39,586 nucleotides of DNA from a virus (Duplodnaviria; Caudoviricetes), in IMG/VR virus record IMGVR_UViG_3300032243_000160, positions 1 through 39,586 of that record; one strand, given 5' to 3'. Under the pieces are notes generated by a model, which was not told the origin of the DNA, did no database searches, and saw nothing but the letters and a program-made list of their open reading frames with translations. The translations under genes were made by a program, and so were the position numbers. Of the stretch, positions 25,171-34,482 are shown piece after piece. Within the stretch, counting starts at the first letter, position 1, and each line of letters starts with the position of its first letter.

Positions 25171-27135
25171 TTATACCGTTCTGATTGTAAGAGAAACAAT
25201 ACCGCCAAAGCCCGTAAGTTTCTTATCGGGTGGAGTTACATCTGTAAACACCACTTCTTCAATTAATGCTTGGGCTAGTTCACCCGTACGAAAGTCTTGC
25301 CATGAAACAACATCACCTAATGCTTCAATATTTTCTAAGGCTGCTAGTTTTTCTATAGCATAACCTTCATATCCAATTGATGAGTTGTACTTATCAGTAT
25401 CAACATCATAACAAAGCAATGGAATCTTAATTATTCTAGTACGAGGTGAGGCAGGTACTGCTTTTAATTGGTAGCCTTTAAATACAGGACCAGCAGTAGC
25501 ATCTGCAGCATCTCGGTATAAACCAAATCGTAAACTTAGTGCATCTTGTGCACCTGCTGGCTGAGTAATTGTAATTTCTGGATTACCAATTACTGAATCA
25601 TACGAAACCATATCGTAAAGAGTATTGCTAGTATCGCGGGTAAGAATAGTCATAGACCCTTTAGTAAAGTCACCGCGTCCTACAATACGTTTAAAGTTTT
25701 TTGGTTCTAGTGTGTTGTATCTAATATAACCTGTCTCAATATATCCAGATGGATACAACTCAGTAGCAGATTGAACCCATAAACTAGTAGCGGTTTGACC
25801 TACAGTTTTAGTTAAAGCACCAACAGTAAAGGCTACTTGGTCTAGATTACCTAAATGGCATACACTAATAGCAGAACCTTGGTCAATATTTTCTGCGTAA
25901 ACAAATGTACTATATGCATATTGCAAAGCACCAGCAGATATTTCACTGCCTAAGTTAATGATGTAAAGTCCAGGATAATTTTCACCTGCATCTATATCAT
26001 CAAAAGAACCAGCACAATAAATATAACCATCATGTGCGGCTATGCCGCGAATGGGATAGGTAGTTCTAATCATTAAAGCACCGTATGTTACGTTGCCATT
26101 GCCATCAATGACACCCATACGTACGCCTTTATTAGTAGCAATAACTATGTAAGACATAAGGTGTACATAAATGTTATGAATAACTTCACCAGCAGGTACA
26201 ACTACTGTAGTAATAGCAGATGTTAATGTAGGTAAAGCACCAGTTGCATCAAGAGTAAACTTAACAATAGATGATTTAGTTCCTACATAACCAGATGCAT
26301 AAATAGCATTAGCACCTTCGGCTATACCAGTCCAACGCCAGTTAGTATCTGAATGCGTATACAGCGGGGTAGGCAACACACCGCTACCATTAAGTGCAAG
26401 TTCATAAATCTTATTATCAAGTCCTACTATAAGACGTTCTTTAACGTATGCAATTTTTGCAGTTGTAGGTCCAGATACAATTGTACGTACAGCAGAAGTA
26501 GAACCACCAGCAAGAGGTACAGATACTACGTTACCAGCAGTAACATAATAAGCGTTAACACCAGTAACGGTCATAGCATAAATAGCACTGCTACTAGCCA
26601 ACGTAGTTGGCGCACTAGTAGAACCATCAGTAATTTTAACAGCATTGTTATCTAGATAAACAATTTTATCTGCACCAGATACCTGAACTGAAAACATTTC
26701 AGCAGCGGTAGTAGTTGTTTGAGTTTGTGTTGGTCTACGGAGTAATGTAACTTGACCCTCTTCATCCATTACTTCAACGCCTAAAGATTTATGATAGCGA
26801 TATGAGTTAGACCCTAAAGTAGGGCTATAAGGATTGGCAAATGGGTCATAAAAATTAACACCAGCACCAGTATGAAAAGAAGATTGACTGCGTAACCACC
26901 ATGTAGAAAGTGATTGCTCACCTGGGTCACGCAGTGAGTCAAATTGATTCTTACGGAACTGTGCAGTTGAACGGATGTATGGGTCTTTGTCTGTAATAGC
27001 AGCAAGGAATGGCACACCACCAATTGCAAAGTCATACTGAACACCTGTATTTTGCCAGATGTTTCCTGTACCAACAGAAAGGTCTATGGCAATGGCTCGC
27101 GTTGCGCGACCTTCGGTAATATCACGACCTGACAC
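25171..27135 (-). CDS. Tail nozzle / tail tubular protein B-like (beta-propeller)
   Basis: 654 aa, beta-rich, last structural gene before lysis. RBS AAGGAG. Function from context. Confidence 0.55.
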   Translation of the reverse strand: MSGRDITEGRATRAIAIDLSVGTGNIWQNTGVQYDFAIGGVPFLAAITDKDPYIRSTAQFRKNQFDSLRDPGEQSLSTWWLRSQSSFHTGAGVNFYDPFANPYSPTLGSNSYRYHKSLGVEVMDEEGQVTLLRRPTQTQTTTTAAEMFSVQVSGADKIVYLDNNAVKITDGSTSAPTTLASSSAIYAMTVTGVNAYYVTAGNVVSVPLAGGSTSAVRTIVSGPTTAKIAYVKERLIVGLDNKIYELALNGSGVLPTPLYTHSDTNWRWTGIAEGANAIYASGYVGTKSSIVKFTLDATGALPTLTSAITTVVVPAGEVIHNIYVHLMSYIVIATNKGVRMGVIDGNGNVTYGALMIRTTYPIRGIAAHDGYIYCAGSFDDIDAGENYPGLYIINLGSEISAGALQYAYSTFVYAENIDQGSAISVCHLGNLDQVAFTVGALTKTVGQTATSLWVQSATELYPSGYIETGYIRYNTLEPKNFKRIVGRGDFTKGSMTILTRDTSNTLYDMVSYDSVIGNPEITITQPAGAQDALSLRFGLYRDAADATAGPVFKGYQLKAVPASPRTRIIKIPLLCYDVDTDKYNSSIGYEGYAIEKLAALENIEALGDVVSWQDFRTGELAQALIEEVVFTDVTPPDKKLTGFGGIVSLTIRTV

Positions 27136-27197
27136 GGTACTCCTTTAAGGTAGAAAAATAATAATAAGCAGTTTAAACCCATACTCAGGGGTAAGTA

Positions 27198-27569
27198 TTA
27201 TTTAGTTAAATCAATCCATTTTATTTGAGATTCATCCCAAACCCATTTACCTTCTTCTGTTGGCTTAGGCGTTGGGGGTTCCCATATAAATGTTTCTTGG
27301 TTTAAAATCCAAGAAGGAAAAGTTTGTGGTTCATAAAATGCATCATTAGTTGCATCGTATGTGTAACCTGGTCCAGGATAATTTTTTCTAAGTTGTTTAG
27401 CCTCTGCTAAACTTTTACCACCATAAGTATGTGGGTCACACTCTATCCATGTTCCGCCAAGATTGTCTACTAACCATTGATAACCTTTGTCTCCTTCTGG
27501 AGCATTGTTATCACCAACGGTTACTCGAATAACTTTATTATTATTATCTATTTCTGCCCAGTGTGCCAT
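27198..27569 (-). CDS. Tail-fibre-associated small protein (MAHWAE...RKNYPG...W-x-PP-x-P-x-P type)
   Basis: Motifs typical of partners of glycine-rich fibre proteins. TAATG coupling. Confidence 0.65.
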   Translation of the reverse strand: MAHWAEIDNNNKVIRVTVGDNNAPEGDKGYQWLVDNLGGTWIECDPHTYGGKSLAEAKQLRKNYPGPGYTYDATNDAFYEPQTFPSWILNQETFIWEPPTPKPTEEGKWVWDESQIKWIDLTK

Positions 27570-29002
27570 TATGCAGTCCTTGTCCAAGTACCATTAGATG
27601 TAAATGTATGATATGTGTATCCACCAGCAGTTGAAGTTGTGCCACCAGTTGCTGTCAAGCCACTAGTAGGATAACGAACAATAACAACGCCAGAACCGCC
27701 ACCGTTAACGCTGAAAGAACTGTTTTGTGCGCCGTGACCACCGCCACCACCGCCAAGACCAGCAGTACCAGCACTTGCACTACCTGTACCAGTAGTTGCA
27801 CCGCCGCCATTTCCACCACCACCTGAGCCGCCTGCGATAGTTGAGGAAGTTGTATTGTTACCACGACCACCACCACCGCCACCGCCGTATGTAGTTCCGT
27901 TTCCAGCAGACCATGTGTAACCAGCACTACCAGCAGCACCACCACTTGGTGAGCCGTTATATGAACCACCACTACCACCGCTTCCAAGACCAGTTCCGTT
28001 TGTGCCTCCAGCAGGACCAGTTAGCCCATCGGCACCACCATTGCCAATAGTGCCAGCACCACCAGCAGCACCAACAGTAGTTGAGGTATTAAAACTTGAT
28101 GATGTTCCAGCAGTTCCGTTTGTCTTGCTTGTAATTGCAGCACCGCCACCGCCAACAACAATAGCGTATCCTTGTATTGCTACGGTAAAATTACTTGTTA
28201 ATGTTGCACCACCGCCAGCACCACCTGAACCACCACCTTCATAGTTTAGTGTGGAGTTACCTCCACCACTACCGCCACCGCCAACTGCTAAAATATCAAT
28301 ACTTGCCGCTAATGCAGTAATTGAATTAGATGTCGTTGATAATGAGTTTCCGTTAGCATTTACTGTTGTAACTGTAAATGTGTAAGAAGTTCCAAATGTT
28401 AACCCTGTAAAAGTAAGAGTAGTTCCTGTTGTTGTTTGAGTAGTAGTTATAGGAGAACTTACTACTGAATACTGTGTAATTGCAGAACCACCAGTTGCTG
28501 GCGCTGACCACGAAAGCGATGCTGAGAGAATTCCAGCAGTTGCAGTAACAGAACTTATTGCTTGTGGAACAGTAGTCACTGTTAATGGAGCAGCAGTTGC
28601 TGTTGCAGTACCAAAAGGGTTGACGGCATTAACTGTCCATGTGTAAGCAGTTGCTGATTGCAACCCACTAAAAGTAGCGCTAGTAGCAGAAGTAGTTGTT
28701 GAAAACCCAGCAGGAGAAGAAGTATAAACAAAACTTGTTGCTGGTCCACATAATGCCGTATTGGGAGTTGTAACTACAGTAGCAGAAGCATTGTTATATG
28801 CTTGATTTGTTGCAGTATATGATGTTGTTACAGTAGGTGAACCAGGGGCTGCACTAACTGGTAACCATTGCGTACCACTATACATTTCCAAATAACCTAA
28901 TGTTGAATTGTAAAAAGTAGCGCCAGTAACTTCCGTTGGGCGGTTAGCGGTTGGACCGCTAGGAATACCAGCAGCAGAACCAGGAAATTGATTAAATGCC
29001 AT
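27569..29002 (-). CDS. Fibre/receptor-binding protein: two FN3-like domains plus glycine-rich domain
   Basis: LSWSAPATGGSAITQY...GLTFGTSYTFTV (FN3). VGGGGSGG...GGSGVVIVRY...YTYHTFTSNGT (Gly-rich). Confidence 0.8.
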   Translation of the reverse strand: MAFNQFPGSAAGIPSGPTANRPTEVTGATFYNSTLGYLEMYSGTQWLPVSAAPGSPTVTTSYTATNQAYNNASATVVTTPNTALCGPATSFVYTSSPAGFSTTTSATSATFSGLQSATAYTWTVNAVNPFGTATATAAPLTVTTVPQAISSVTATAGILSASLSWSAPATGGSAITQYSVVSSPITTTQTTTGTTLTFTGLTFGTSYTFTVTTVNANGNSLSTTSNSITALAASIDILAVGGGGSGGGNSTLNYEGGGSGGAGGGATLTSNFTVAIQGYAIVVGGGGAAITSKTNGTAGTSSSFNTSTTVGAAGGAGTIGNGGADGLTGPAGGTNGTGLGSGGSGGSYNGSPSGGAAGSAGYTWSAGNGTTYGGGGGGGRGNNTTSSTIAGGSGGGGNGGGATTGTGSASAGTAGLGGGGGGHGAQNSSFSVNGGGSGVVIVRYPTSGLTATGGTTSTAGGYTYHTFTSNGTWTRTA

Positions 29003-29316
29003 TATGAAATCTCCACTCCACTGATGTGAATAGACACAGCAGTTGTAGATGCAAACCCAGTAATAATCTTAGGTGTTGCGTTGGCAGGTATAACCTGCTT
29101 CATATCAAAGCCAACTACAGAGTTAGCAGGGATAGATACTGCAGGCACAATCGTTACGCCATCAAAAGCAATGGTTGCTGTTGAAGCAGAGGTTGCTGCG
29201 TTAGATAGCACAATGTTTGAAACAACAGTTATAGTTGTTGTTGTTGGCACTGTGTATAGGGTTGTACTGGATGTTGGTGCTGCTCTACGAGCAAGCGCCG
29301 TGGTTGTTGTAGCCAT
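29002..29316 (-). CDS. Small beta-rich tail/fibre structural protein
   Basis: TTLYTVP...ISGVEI motif. RBS AAGG. Confidence 0.7.
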   Translation of the reverse strand: MATTTTALARRAAPTSSTTLYTVPTTTTITVVSNIVLSNAATSASTATIAFDGVTIVPAVSIPANSVVGFDMKQVIPANATPKIITGFASTTAVSIHISGVEIS

Positions 29317-29335
29317 TAGTTACTACCTTTCTTTC

Positions 29336-31630
29336 TTAGAGAGCGCCCATGAGATTGAGCGTTTGAAAATCTTTAATACTTCCAAATGCACCAGAAGCAG
29401 ATAATGTAATATCTCCTGATGCAGTTACTGTTCCAGTTAATATTGGTGCTGTCAGAGTTAGACCAGCAATTGTTGTTACAGTTGCACCCGAGCCAATAGA
29501 TGTTGAACCTAGTGTAGGAGCAGAGTAACCAGCAACAGTTGCCCATTGGGTACCAGTTGCTGTTGATTGCAAGTATTGACCATTAGTGCCAGATGAAGCA
29601 CCCGCTGTTAGTGTACCTGTAAGGGTAAGGTTTGAAATAGTTGGTGCTGTTCCAAATACTAATGCACCGCTGCCAGTCTCATCAGATATAACTCCAGCAA
29701 GTTCTGCCGAAGTTGTAGCAGCATGAACAGATAGTTTATCTGTAGTTACTACTAATGTTTTAGATGTAGGAATAGTAGTTAAATTAATAGTCAAGCCATT
29801 TACGTTGGCATAAGTAGTACCAGAAGCAATAGGTGTACTACCAAGAGTAGGTGCTGTATATGCAGTGTATGTTGAAATTGCTGACCAAGCAGAACCAGTC
29901 CAAGCATACATAGTATTAAGTGATGAGTTCCAGTATGTAGCACCAACAAGCAGTGTTCCACCTAGATTGTCAACAGTAGGAGCAGAAGACTTAGAACCCA
30001 GATACCTAGCATCATATGTCGTATAAGTTGTAGCAGCAGATGATGCGCTAGTTGCTGCAGATGTAGCACTAGTTGCTGCTGCTGTAGCACTGGCTGCTGC
30101 ACTAGTAGCACTAGTAGCGGCGGCTGTTGCTGAGGCTGCAGCCGAAGTAGCAGAAGTAGCAGCAGCGGTTTGACTAGTCAGTGCTGAAGAAGCAGAGGTA
30201 CTAGCAGCAGTTGCAGAAACGTTTGCAGAGGTTGCTGATGTAGATGCAGCGGTTGCACTGGCTGCCGCACTAGTTGCGCTTGTAGCGGCTGCTGTAGCAC
30301 TTGTAGCAGAACTTGAGGCTGAAGTAGCAGCAGCAGAAGTAGAACCTGCTATAGCGGTAGCAGAGGCAGCAGCAGAAGTTGCGCTTGTGGCTGCACTGCT
30401 AGCACTAGTGGCTGCTGCTGTAGCAGACGCTGCAGCAGAAGTAGCCGAAGTAGCGGCAGCATTTTGACTAGTTAAAGCATTAGATGCATATGTAGCAATA
30501 CTTGCTACTGATGCGGCTGCGGTTGTAGCACTGGCAGCAGCAGAAGTAGCAGAAGTTGCTGCTGAGTTGGCTGAGGTTACGGCAGCAGCAGCCTGTGTAG
30601 TAGCCGTAGAAGCCGAGTTAGAGGCTGTAGTGGCGCTTGCAGCGGCACTGGTGGCACTTGTAGCAGCAGCCGTAGCCGAGGCTGCAGCACTGGTAGCAGA
30701 TGTTGACGCCGCGTTTTGGCTTGCCAGCGCATTGCTTGCATAAGTTGCTATACTGGCTACAGAAGCAGCAGCAGTAGTAGCAGAAGCAGCAGAAGAAGTA
30801 GCACTAGTAGCAGCAGCGGTGGCAGAAGCCGCCGCTGATGTAGCAGATGTAGCAGCAGCAGTTGCTGATGTTGCCGCTGATGCGGCACTAGTTGCTGCAG
30901 CAGTAGCCTGAGCAGTTTGCAAAACAAGAATTGCATCTACATAAGATTTAGGTGTAGCAGATGATGTAGACATACCCGCAGATGAAAGACCAGTAATAAC
31001 TGGTGTTCCATTAATAATAGGACTAGTAATTGTTTTATTAGTTAATGTTGTAGCAGAGTCAAGAAGGTCAATTGTACCTGATGTATTAGGTAAAGTAATT
31101 GTATTATCTTGAGTAGGGTCTACTACTGTAAGCAATGTTTCAAAGGCATCAGCAGTTGCGCCTTCAAAAGTAATACCTGCATCATTTTCAAGAGTAGAAG
31201 TAAGTGTGGGTGCAACAAGAGTTTTGTTATAAAGAGTTTGAGAATCTTGAGTTCCAACTACAGAAGATGTAGATGCAATTCCATGCACACCAACAGCAGT
31301 TTCAATATGTGTATTAGGTTCACGAAGGTCACGTCCAATAACCATGTGTCGAACAATTGCACCAGCAGAATGGTCTTGTGCGGTTGAACCATCTATATTA
31401 CGAGAAACAGTAAATACAGTACCAGATACGCCAGTGACATCTAAAATTTCTTCAAGTGCTGTATCTGGGTCAATGACTATAGTAAAAGTAACGCCACCAG
31501 TAATTGAAGCACCAGCAATACCACCAAGGATTGCACTTGAACTTGCTACTGTTATGCTACTTGCACCAGAAGTAACAGAACTGGTGATAGTTGTTTGTTG
31601 AGAACGAGACGTATATTTACGAGTTGTCAT
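29336..31630 (-). CDS. Tail fibre protein with long Ala/Ser/Thr repeat stalk
   Basis: (AATSATSAAASATA)n region, YDARYLGSK motif and LTNKT repeats. Confidence 0.78.
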   Translation of the reverse strand: MTTRKYTSRSQQTTITSSVTSGASSITVASSSAILGGIAGASITGGVTFTIVIDPDTALEEILDVTGVSGTVFTVSRNIDGSTAQDHSAGAIVRHMVIGRDLREPNTHIETAVGVHGIASTSSVVGTQDSQTLYNKTLVAPTLTSTLENDAGITFEGATADAFETLLTVVDPTQDNTITLPNTSGTIDLLDSATTLTNKTITSPIINGTPVITGLSSAGMSTSSATPKSYVDAILVLQTAQATAAATSAASAATSATAAATSATSAAASATAAATSATSSAASATTAAASVASIATYASNALASQNAASTSATSAAASATAAATSATSAAASATTASNSASTATTQAAAAVTSANSAATSATSAAASATTAAASVASIATYASNALTSQNAAATSATSAAASATAAATSASSAATSATSAAASATAIAGSTSAAATSASSSATSATAAATSATSAAASATAASTSATSANVSATAASTSASSALTSQTAAATSATSAAASATAAATSATSAAASATAAATSATSAATSASSAATTYTTYDARYLGSKSSAPTVDNLGGTLLVGATYWNSSLNTMYAWTGSAWSAISTYTAYTAPTLGSTPIASGTTYANVNGLTINLTTIPTSKTLVVTTDKLSVHAATTSAELAGVISDETGSGALVFGTAPTISNLTLTGTLTAGASSGTNGQYLQSTATGTQWATVAGYSAPTLGSTSIGSGATVTTIAGLTLTAPILTGTVTASGDITLSASGAFGSIKDFQTLNLMGAL
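30030..30910 (-). repeat. Coding heptad-like Ala/Ser/Thr repeats
   Basis: AATSATS/AAASATA units with an internal duplication of ASVASIATYASNAL-x-SQNAA. Boundaries approximate. Confidence 0.85.
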
Positions 31631-31638
31631 TTATTTAC

Positions 31639-32535
31639 CTATCGGCTATAGTGGACGCGGGTTGGATATTGAATCTTTTGCTTCAGCGATTCTTCCTCAA
31701 GCCGCTGTTGATACAATGCTTGCAGTCCCTTTGTAACATTTGTGCCCGTGCCGTATGGACGCTTAGCGTCAAACTCATCTGCTGCTGCGGAGGTAATAGA
31801 AATACGGGCTGGGTCAATATAAGAAGATAAACGCCATGCTGCACCATAAATAATTACATCTCTCATAGATGTTGGTAAACCAGTTGTGGTTTCAAAATCA
31901 TCTGTAAGGTTGTTCATTACTGTAGGTAGTTTTGCATAAACAATATTTATAGTACGACCAGGTAATACGTTGTCATAGATTGATACAGTACGTCCTGATG
32001 TAAATGATGGTGAGTAAGCAATAGGGTCCCAACGCCATTGGCGTATAGGTAGCCATTCTTTTGTTGGTCCAACTGATTGCCATGCCATTGAAAGAATTTG
32101 AATTGCTGGGGCTGGTATTTCATAAGTAGTACGGCTAGCAAGGAATGATACTCCTGTAGAACCTACGGCAAATACTTTAGGGTATACAGCGTTGACTGTA
32201 TCATTGACTGCACGCTTAATAGCAGAACGTGGATATGTTGGAGTAATAATTACTTTAGCATTAGCATCATGCGCTGTTGCTGTAGTTGCATTATAGCCAC
32301 GACCAAATGGAGCAACAATAAGAGTATTAGATTGACGGTCATATGCATCAACAAGAATCATCTCATCATCAATTTCAATAACGCCTTTACCAATGTTTTC
32401 AGTAGAGGCTACATAAAGAGTAAGACCACTAGTAGTTGCTGCTTGTGTTAAATAAGTAACACGGTCTTGACGATAAGTAAAACCTGAAAGGTCTAACTGT
32501 ACGTCATTCATAATATCTGTTAATGTTGTTGCCAT
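31639..32535 (-). CDS. Head-tail adaptor / tail tubular protein A-like with inserted beta domain
   Basis: IKRAVNDTV...LPTSMRDVIIYGAAWRL pattern of adaptor proteins, plus position. Confidence 0.6.
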   Translation of the reverse strand: MATTLTDIMNDVQLDLSGFTYRQDRVTYLTQAATTSGLTLYVASTENIGKGVIEIDDEMILVDAYDRQSNTLIVAPFGRGYNATTATAHDANAKVIITPTYPRSAIKRAVNDTVNAVYPKVFAVGSTGVSFLASRTTYEIPAPAIQILSMAWQSVGPTKEWLPIRQWRWDPIAYSPSFTSGRTVSIYDNVLPGRTINIVYAKLPTVMNNLTDDFETTTGLPTSMRDVIIYGAAWRLSSYIDPARISITSAAADEFDAKRPYGTGTNVTKGLQALYQQRLEEESLKQKIQYPTRVHYSR

Positions 32536-32807
32536 TATGATGCAACCTCTCGTAATGCAGTTACGGCTTCTAAGCCTGTTGTACTTGCCAGTAAGTTACA
32601 AATTTTATTTAAGCCAACGTATTTGTCAGCAGTTGCATTACCATACTTTTTATTAAGAGCACCAACAGTGCCTACGCCTGTTGTGCCTGCCCATTTATTA
32701 GCAGCACCTTGCTCTGCAAGGTATGTTGTTTTTGCTGGATAAGTACCGCCATTAGCAAGGCGATTTAATTCATCAGTTAAAGTGCTACCTTCTCTACCGT
32801 ATGTCAT
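32535..32807 (-). CDS. Hypothetical virion protein
   Basis: Coupled at both ends. Confidence 0.75.
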   Translation of the reverse strand: MTYGREGSTLTDELNRLANGGTYPAKTTYLAEQGAANKWAGTTGVGTVGALNKKYGNATADKYVGLNKICNLLASTTGLEAVTALREVAS

Positions 32808-32983
32808 TACTTACCCTTCTTAGAATGGTATTTACCAACTGCTTTTTTTCCAGCAGTAATTGATTTAATTCCAGCCTTTTGAGTTAGGTTAATAGTTTTT
32901 TTAGGATTGCCAGGATGTTTAACAACTACATCTTTAGTAACAATATGTTTTTTACCGTCTGGTCCTTTAAATACTTTAGCCAT
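32807..32983 (-). CDS. Lys-rich microprotein (58 aa; not in ORF track)
   Basis: MAKVFKGPDGKKHIVTKDVVVKHPGNPKKTINLTQKAGIKSITAGKKAVGKYHSKKGK. TAATG overlaps. Confidence 0.75.
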   Translation of the reverse strand: MAKVFKGPDGKKHIVTKDVVVKHPGNPKKTINLTQKAGIKSITAGKKAVGKYHSKKGK

Positions 32984-33138
32984 TATTTACTCTTCTTTGC
33001 TGCTTGCATGTTATCAATAAGGTTTGGATATTTTCTGCCAGCCTTTTTAGCAGCAGCCTTGGCTGATGCTTTAGCGGCAGGAGTTAAAGGTGTTGATTTT
33101 TTCTTAGGGTTAGGTTTGTCCCAAACTTCTTTAGCCAT
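32983..33138 (-). CDS. Lys/Ala-rich microprotein (51 aa; not in ORF track)
   Basis: MAKEVWDKPNPKKKSTPLTPAAKASAKAAAKKAGRKYPNLIDNMQAAKKSK. TAATG overlaps. Confidence 0.78.
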   Translation of the reverse strand: MAKEVWDKPNPKKKSTPLTPAAKASAKAAAKKAGRKYPNLIDNMQAAKKSK

Positions 33139-33440
33139 TACTTCTTACCCTTGTTTCTTTTACTAATTGCAGCAGCCTTAGATTTAGCATCTGCTTTAGA
33201 TGATGCACCCCACGCTTGAAGCGATAGCAACAAGCGAGTGGGGTCACCATTAGGTTTACGTTCTGGTCCAGGCATACCGCCCATGCGTGCAAGAAAACTT
33301 GCTCTACGTGGATTGTCACCAGACTTAACAGGTGGCTTTAGGTTTGAACCCTGAGCCTTAGCCGATGCACGTCCCTTTGCATTTAATCCACCCGTAGGTG
33401 ATTTGCCTTCTTTACGCTGCCATGCTGGTGATTTAGCCAT
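33138..33440 (-). CDS. Basic conserved phage protein (DUF6321-like)
   Basis: AWQRKEGK...GGLNAKGRAS...RRASFLARM motif. Confidence 0.75.
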   Translation of the reverse strand: MAKSPAWQRKEGKSPTGGLNAKGRASAKAQGSNLKPPVKSGDNPRRASFLARMGGMPGPERKPNGDPTRLLLSLQAWGASSKADAKSKAAAISKRNKGKK

Positions 33441-33608
33441 TTACTTTCCCTTAACCTTTTTTAAATTAGGATTTTTCTTTTTTGCTGCTGGACTTGCCTT
33501 GCGTGAAGATGATGCAAGGATTGCACCAGCAGACTTCATTGATACATCTGACTTCTTGGCTATTGACTTTTGTGCTGTTTTAAAGCCCATGCCTTTATGT
33601 GCTGCCAT
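33441..33608 (-). CDS. Lys-rich microprotein (55 aa; not in ORF track)
   Basis: MAAHKGMGFKTAQKSIAKKSDVSMKSAGAILASSSRKASPAAKKKNPNLKKVKGK. Confidence 0.78.
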   Translation of the reverse strand: MAAHKGMGFKTAQKSIAKKSDVSMKSAGAILASSSRKASPAAKKKNPNLKKVKGK

Positions 33609-33889
33609 TACTTCTTAATCTGCTTTCCAGATGAATTATAACGGCGACCTTGTAGAACAGCACCTAGTGCTTGTCCCATTTGTGCATCTTGATTTTTATT
33701 AGCAGCACGCGCACGTGCATTAGCACCTGGCATAATATCTCCTGATGCATCCATTGCTTTCTTCCAAGCACTACCAAATTGTTTAACTTCTTTAACAGCA
33801 TTGCCTAAATAAGAAGCAGGTTTTTGTGCACTAGATGATTTACGTACTGCTGGTGTAGGTATACCTGGAGTTGGTATGCGATTAGGCAT
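33608..33889 (-). CDS. Small basic hypothetical protein
   Basis: Operon packing. Confidence 0.75.
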   Translation of the reverse strand: MPNRIPTPGIPTPAVRKSSSAQKPASYLGNAVKEVKQFGSAWKKAMDASGDIMPGANARARAANKNQDAQMGQALGAVLQGRRYNSSGKQIKK

Positions 33890-33891
33890 AA

Positions 33892-34125
33892 TTAAATCTT
33901 ACGTCCGCCGCCAGATGGCTGAGTGTAGATACCTTGGATTACAGTTGCTGGACCGTTAGCAGTACCTGCGCCTGAGCGAGGTGCTGAAACAGGTGCAACT
34001 CCTGGACCTACTCCACCGTAAAAATCTGAGCCTGCAGATGAAAAATCTGTAGCCTTTGTACGTGTCTTTGCTGGGATTGTAAGACCTGCAGCAACGACAT
34101 TTGAGTTCATGTATTCGTTAGCCAT
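33892..34125 (-). CDS. Small Gly/Pro-rich hypothetical protein
   Basis: ATG 34125 (MANEYMNS...) after AAGGA. Confidence 0.72.
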   Translation of the reverse strand: MANEYMNSNVVAAGLTIPAKTRTKATDFSSAGSDFYGGVGPGVAPVSAPRSGAGTANGPATVIQGIYTQPSGGGRKI

Positions 34126-34126
34126 G

Positions 34127-34282
34127 TTAGTTTCCTTTTCCATATGGTGTTGGTGTATCAAAGCCAGCGATAACTGAAGCATCTTGTCCTTCAGCAACAC
34201 GTACGCCTGCCTTAATTATAATTGCGTCTTCATTGCCTTTAGCGTTAACCATAACGCCATTGCATCCGCATTCGTGACACAT
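34127..34282 (-). CDS. Microprotein with N-terminal MCxxCGC motif (51 aa; not in ORF track)
   Basis: MCHECGCNGVMVNAKGNEDAIIIKAGVRVAEGQDASVIAGFDTPTPYEKEN. Fills the gap exactly. Confidence 0.72.
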   Translation of the reverse strand: MCHECGCNGVMVNAKGNEDAIIIKAGVRVAEGQDASVIAGFDTPTPYGKGN

Positions 34283-34284
34283 AG

Positions 34285-34482
34285 TTACTTGCCCTTCTTT
34301 GCCATAATTTTTTTACGAAGAGCCATGTCCATTTTCATATCTGCTTTAGCAGATGGCTTCTTCTTATCCATTTTCATATCAGCCTTCTTAAAGGCTGCTT
34401 TTTGCACAGGCTTCATGCCTGACATTACTTTCTTATCTTGCTTAGCATCTGCCTTAGCAGACATTGGTTTCATTGCAGCCAT
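34285..34482 (-). CDS. Lys/Met-rich small protein
   Basis: MAAMKPMSAKADAKQDKK... RBS AGGAG. Confidence 0.78.
   Translation of the reverse strand: MAAMKPMSAKADAKQDKKVMSGMKPVQKAAFKKADMKMDKKKPSAKADMKMDMALRKKIMAKKGK

Noticed and set aside
27569-31630. Diversity-generating retroelement or invertible fibre cassette
   Set aside because: No reverse transcriptase, template/variable repeat pair or invertase is present.
33892-34200. ORF-track start at 34200
   Set aside because: The region 34127-34282 is better explained by a separate MCxxCGC microprotein in another frame. The true start is likely 34125.
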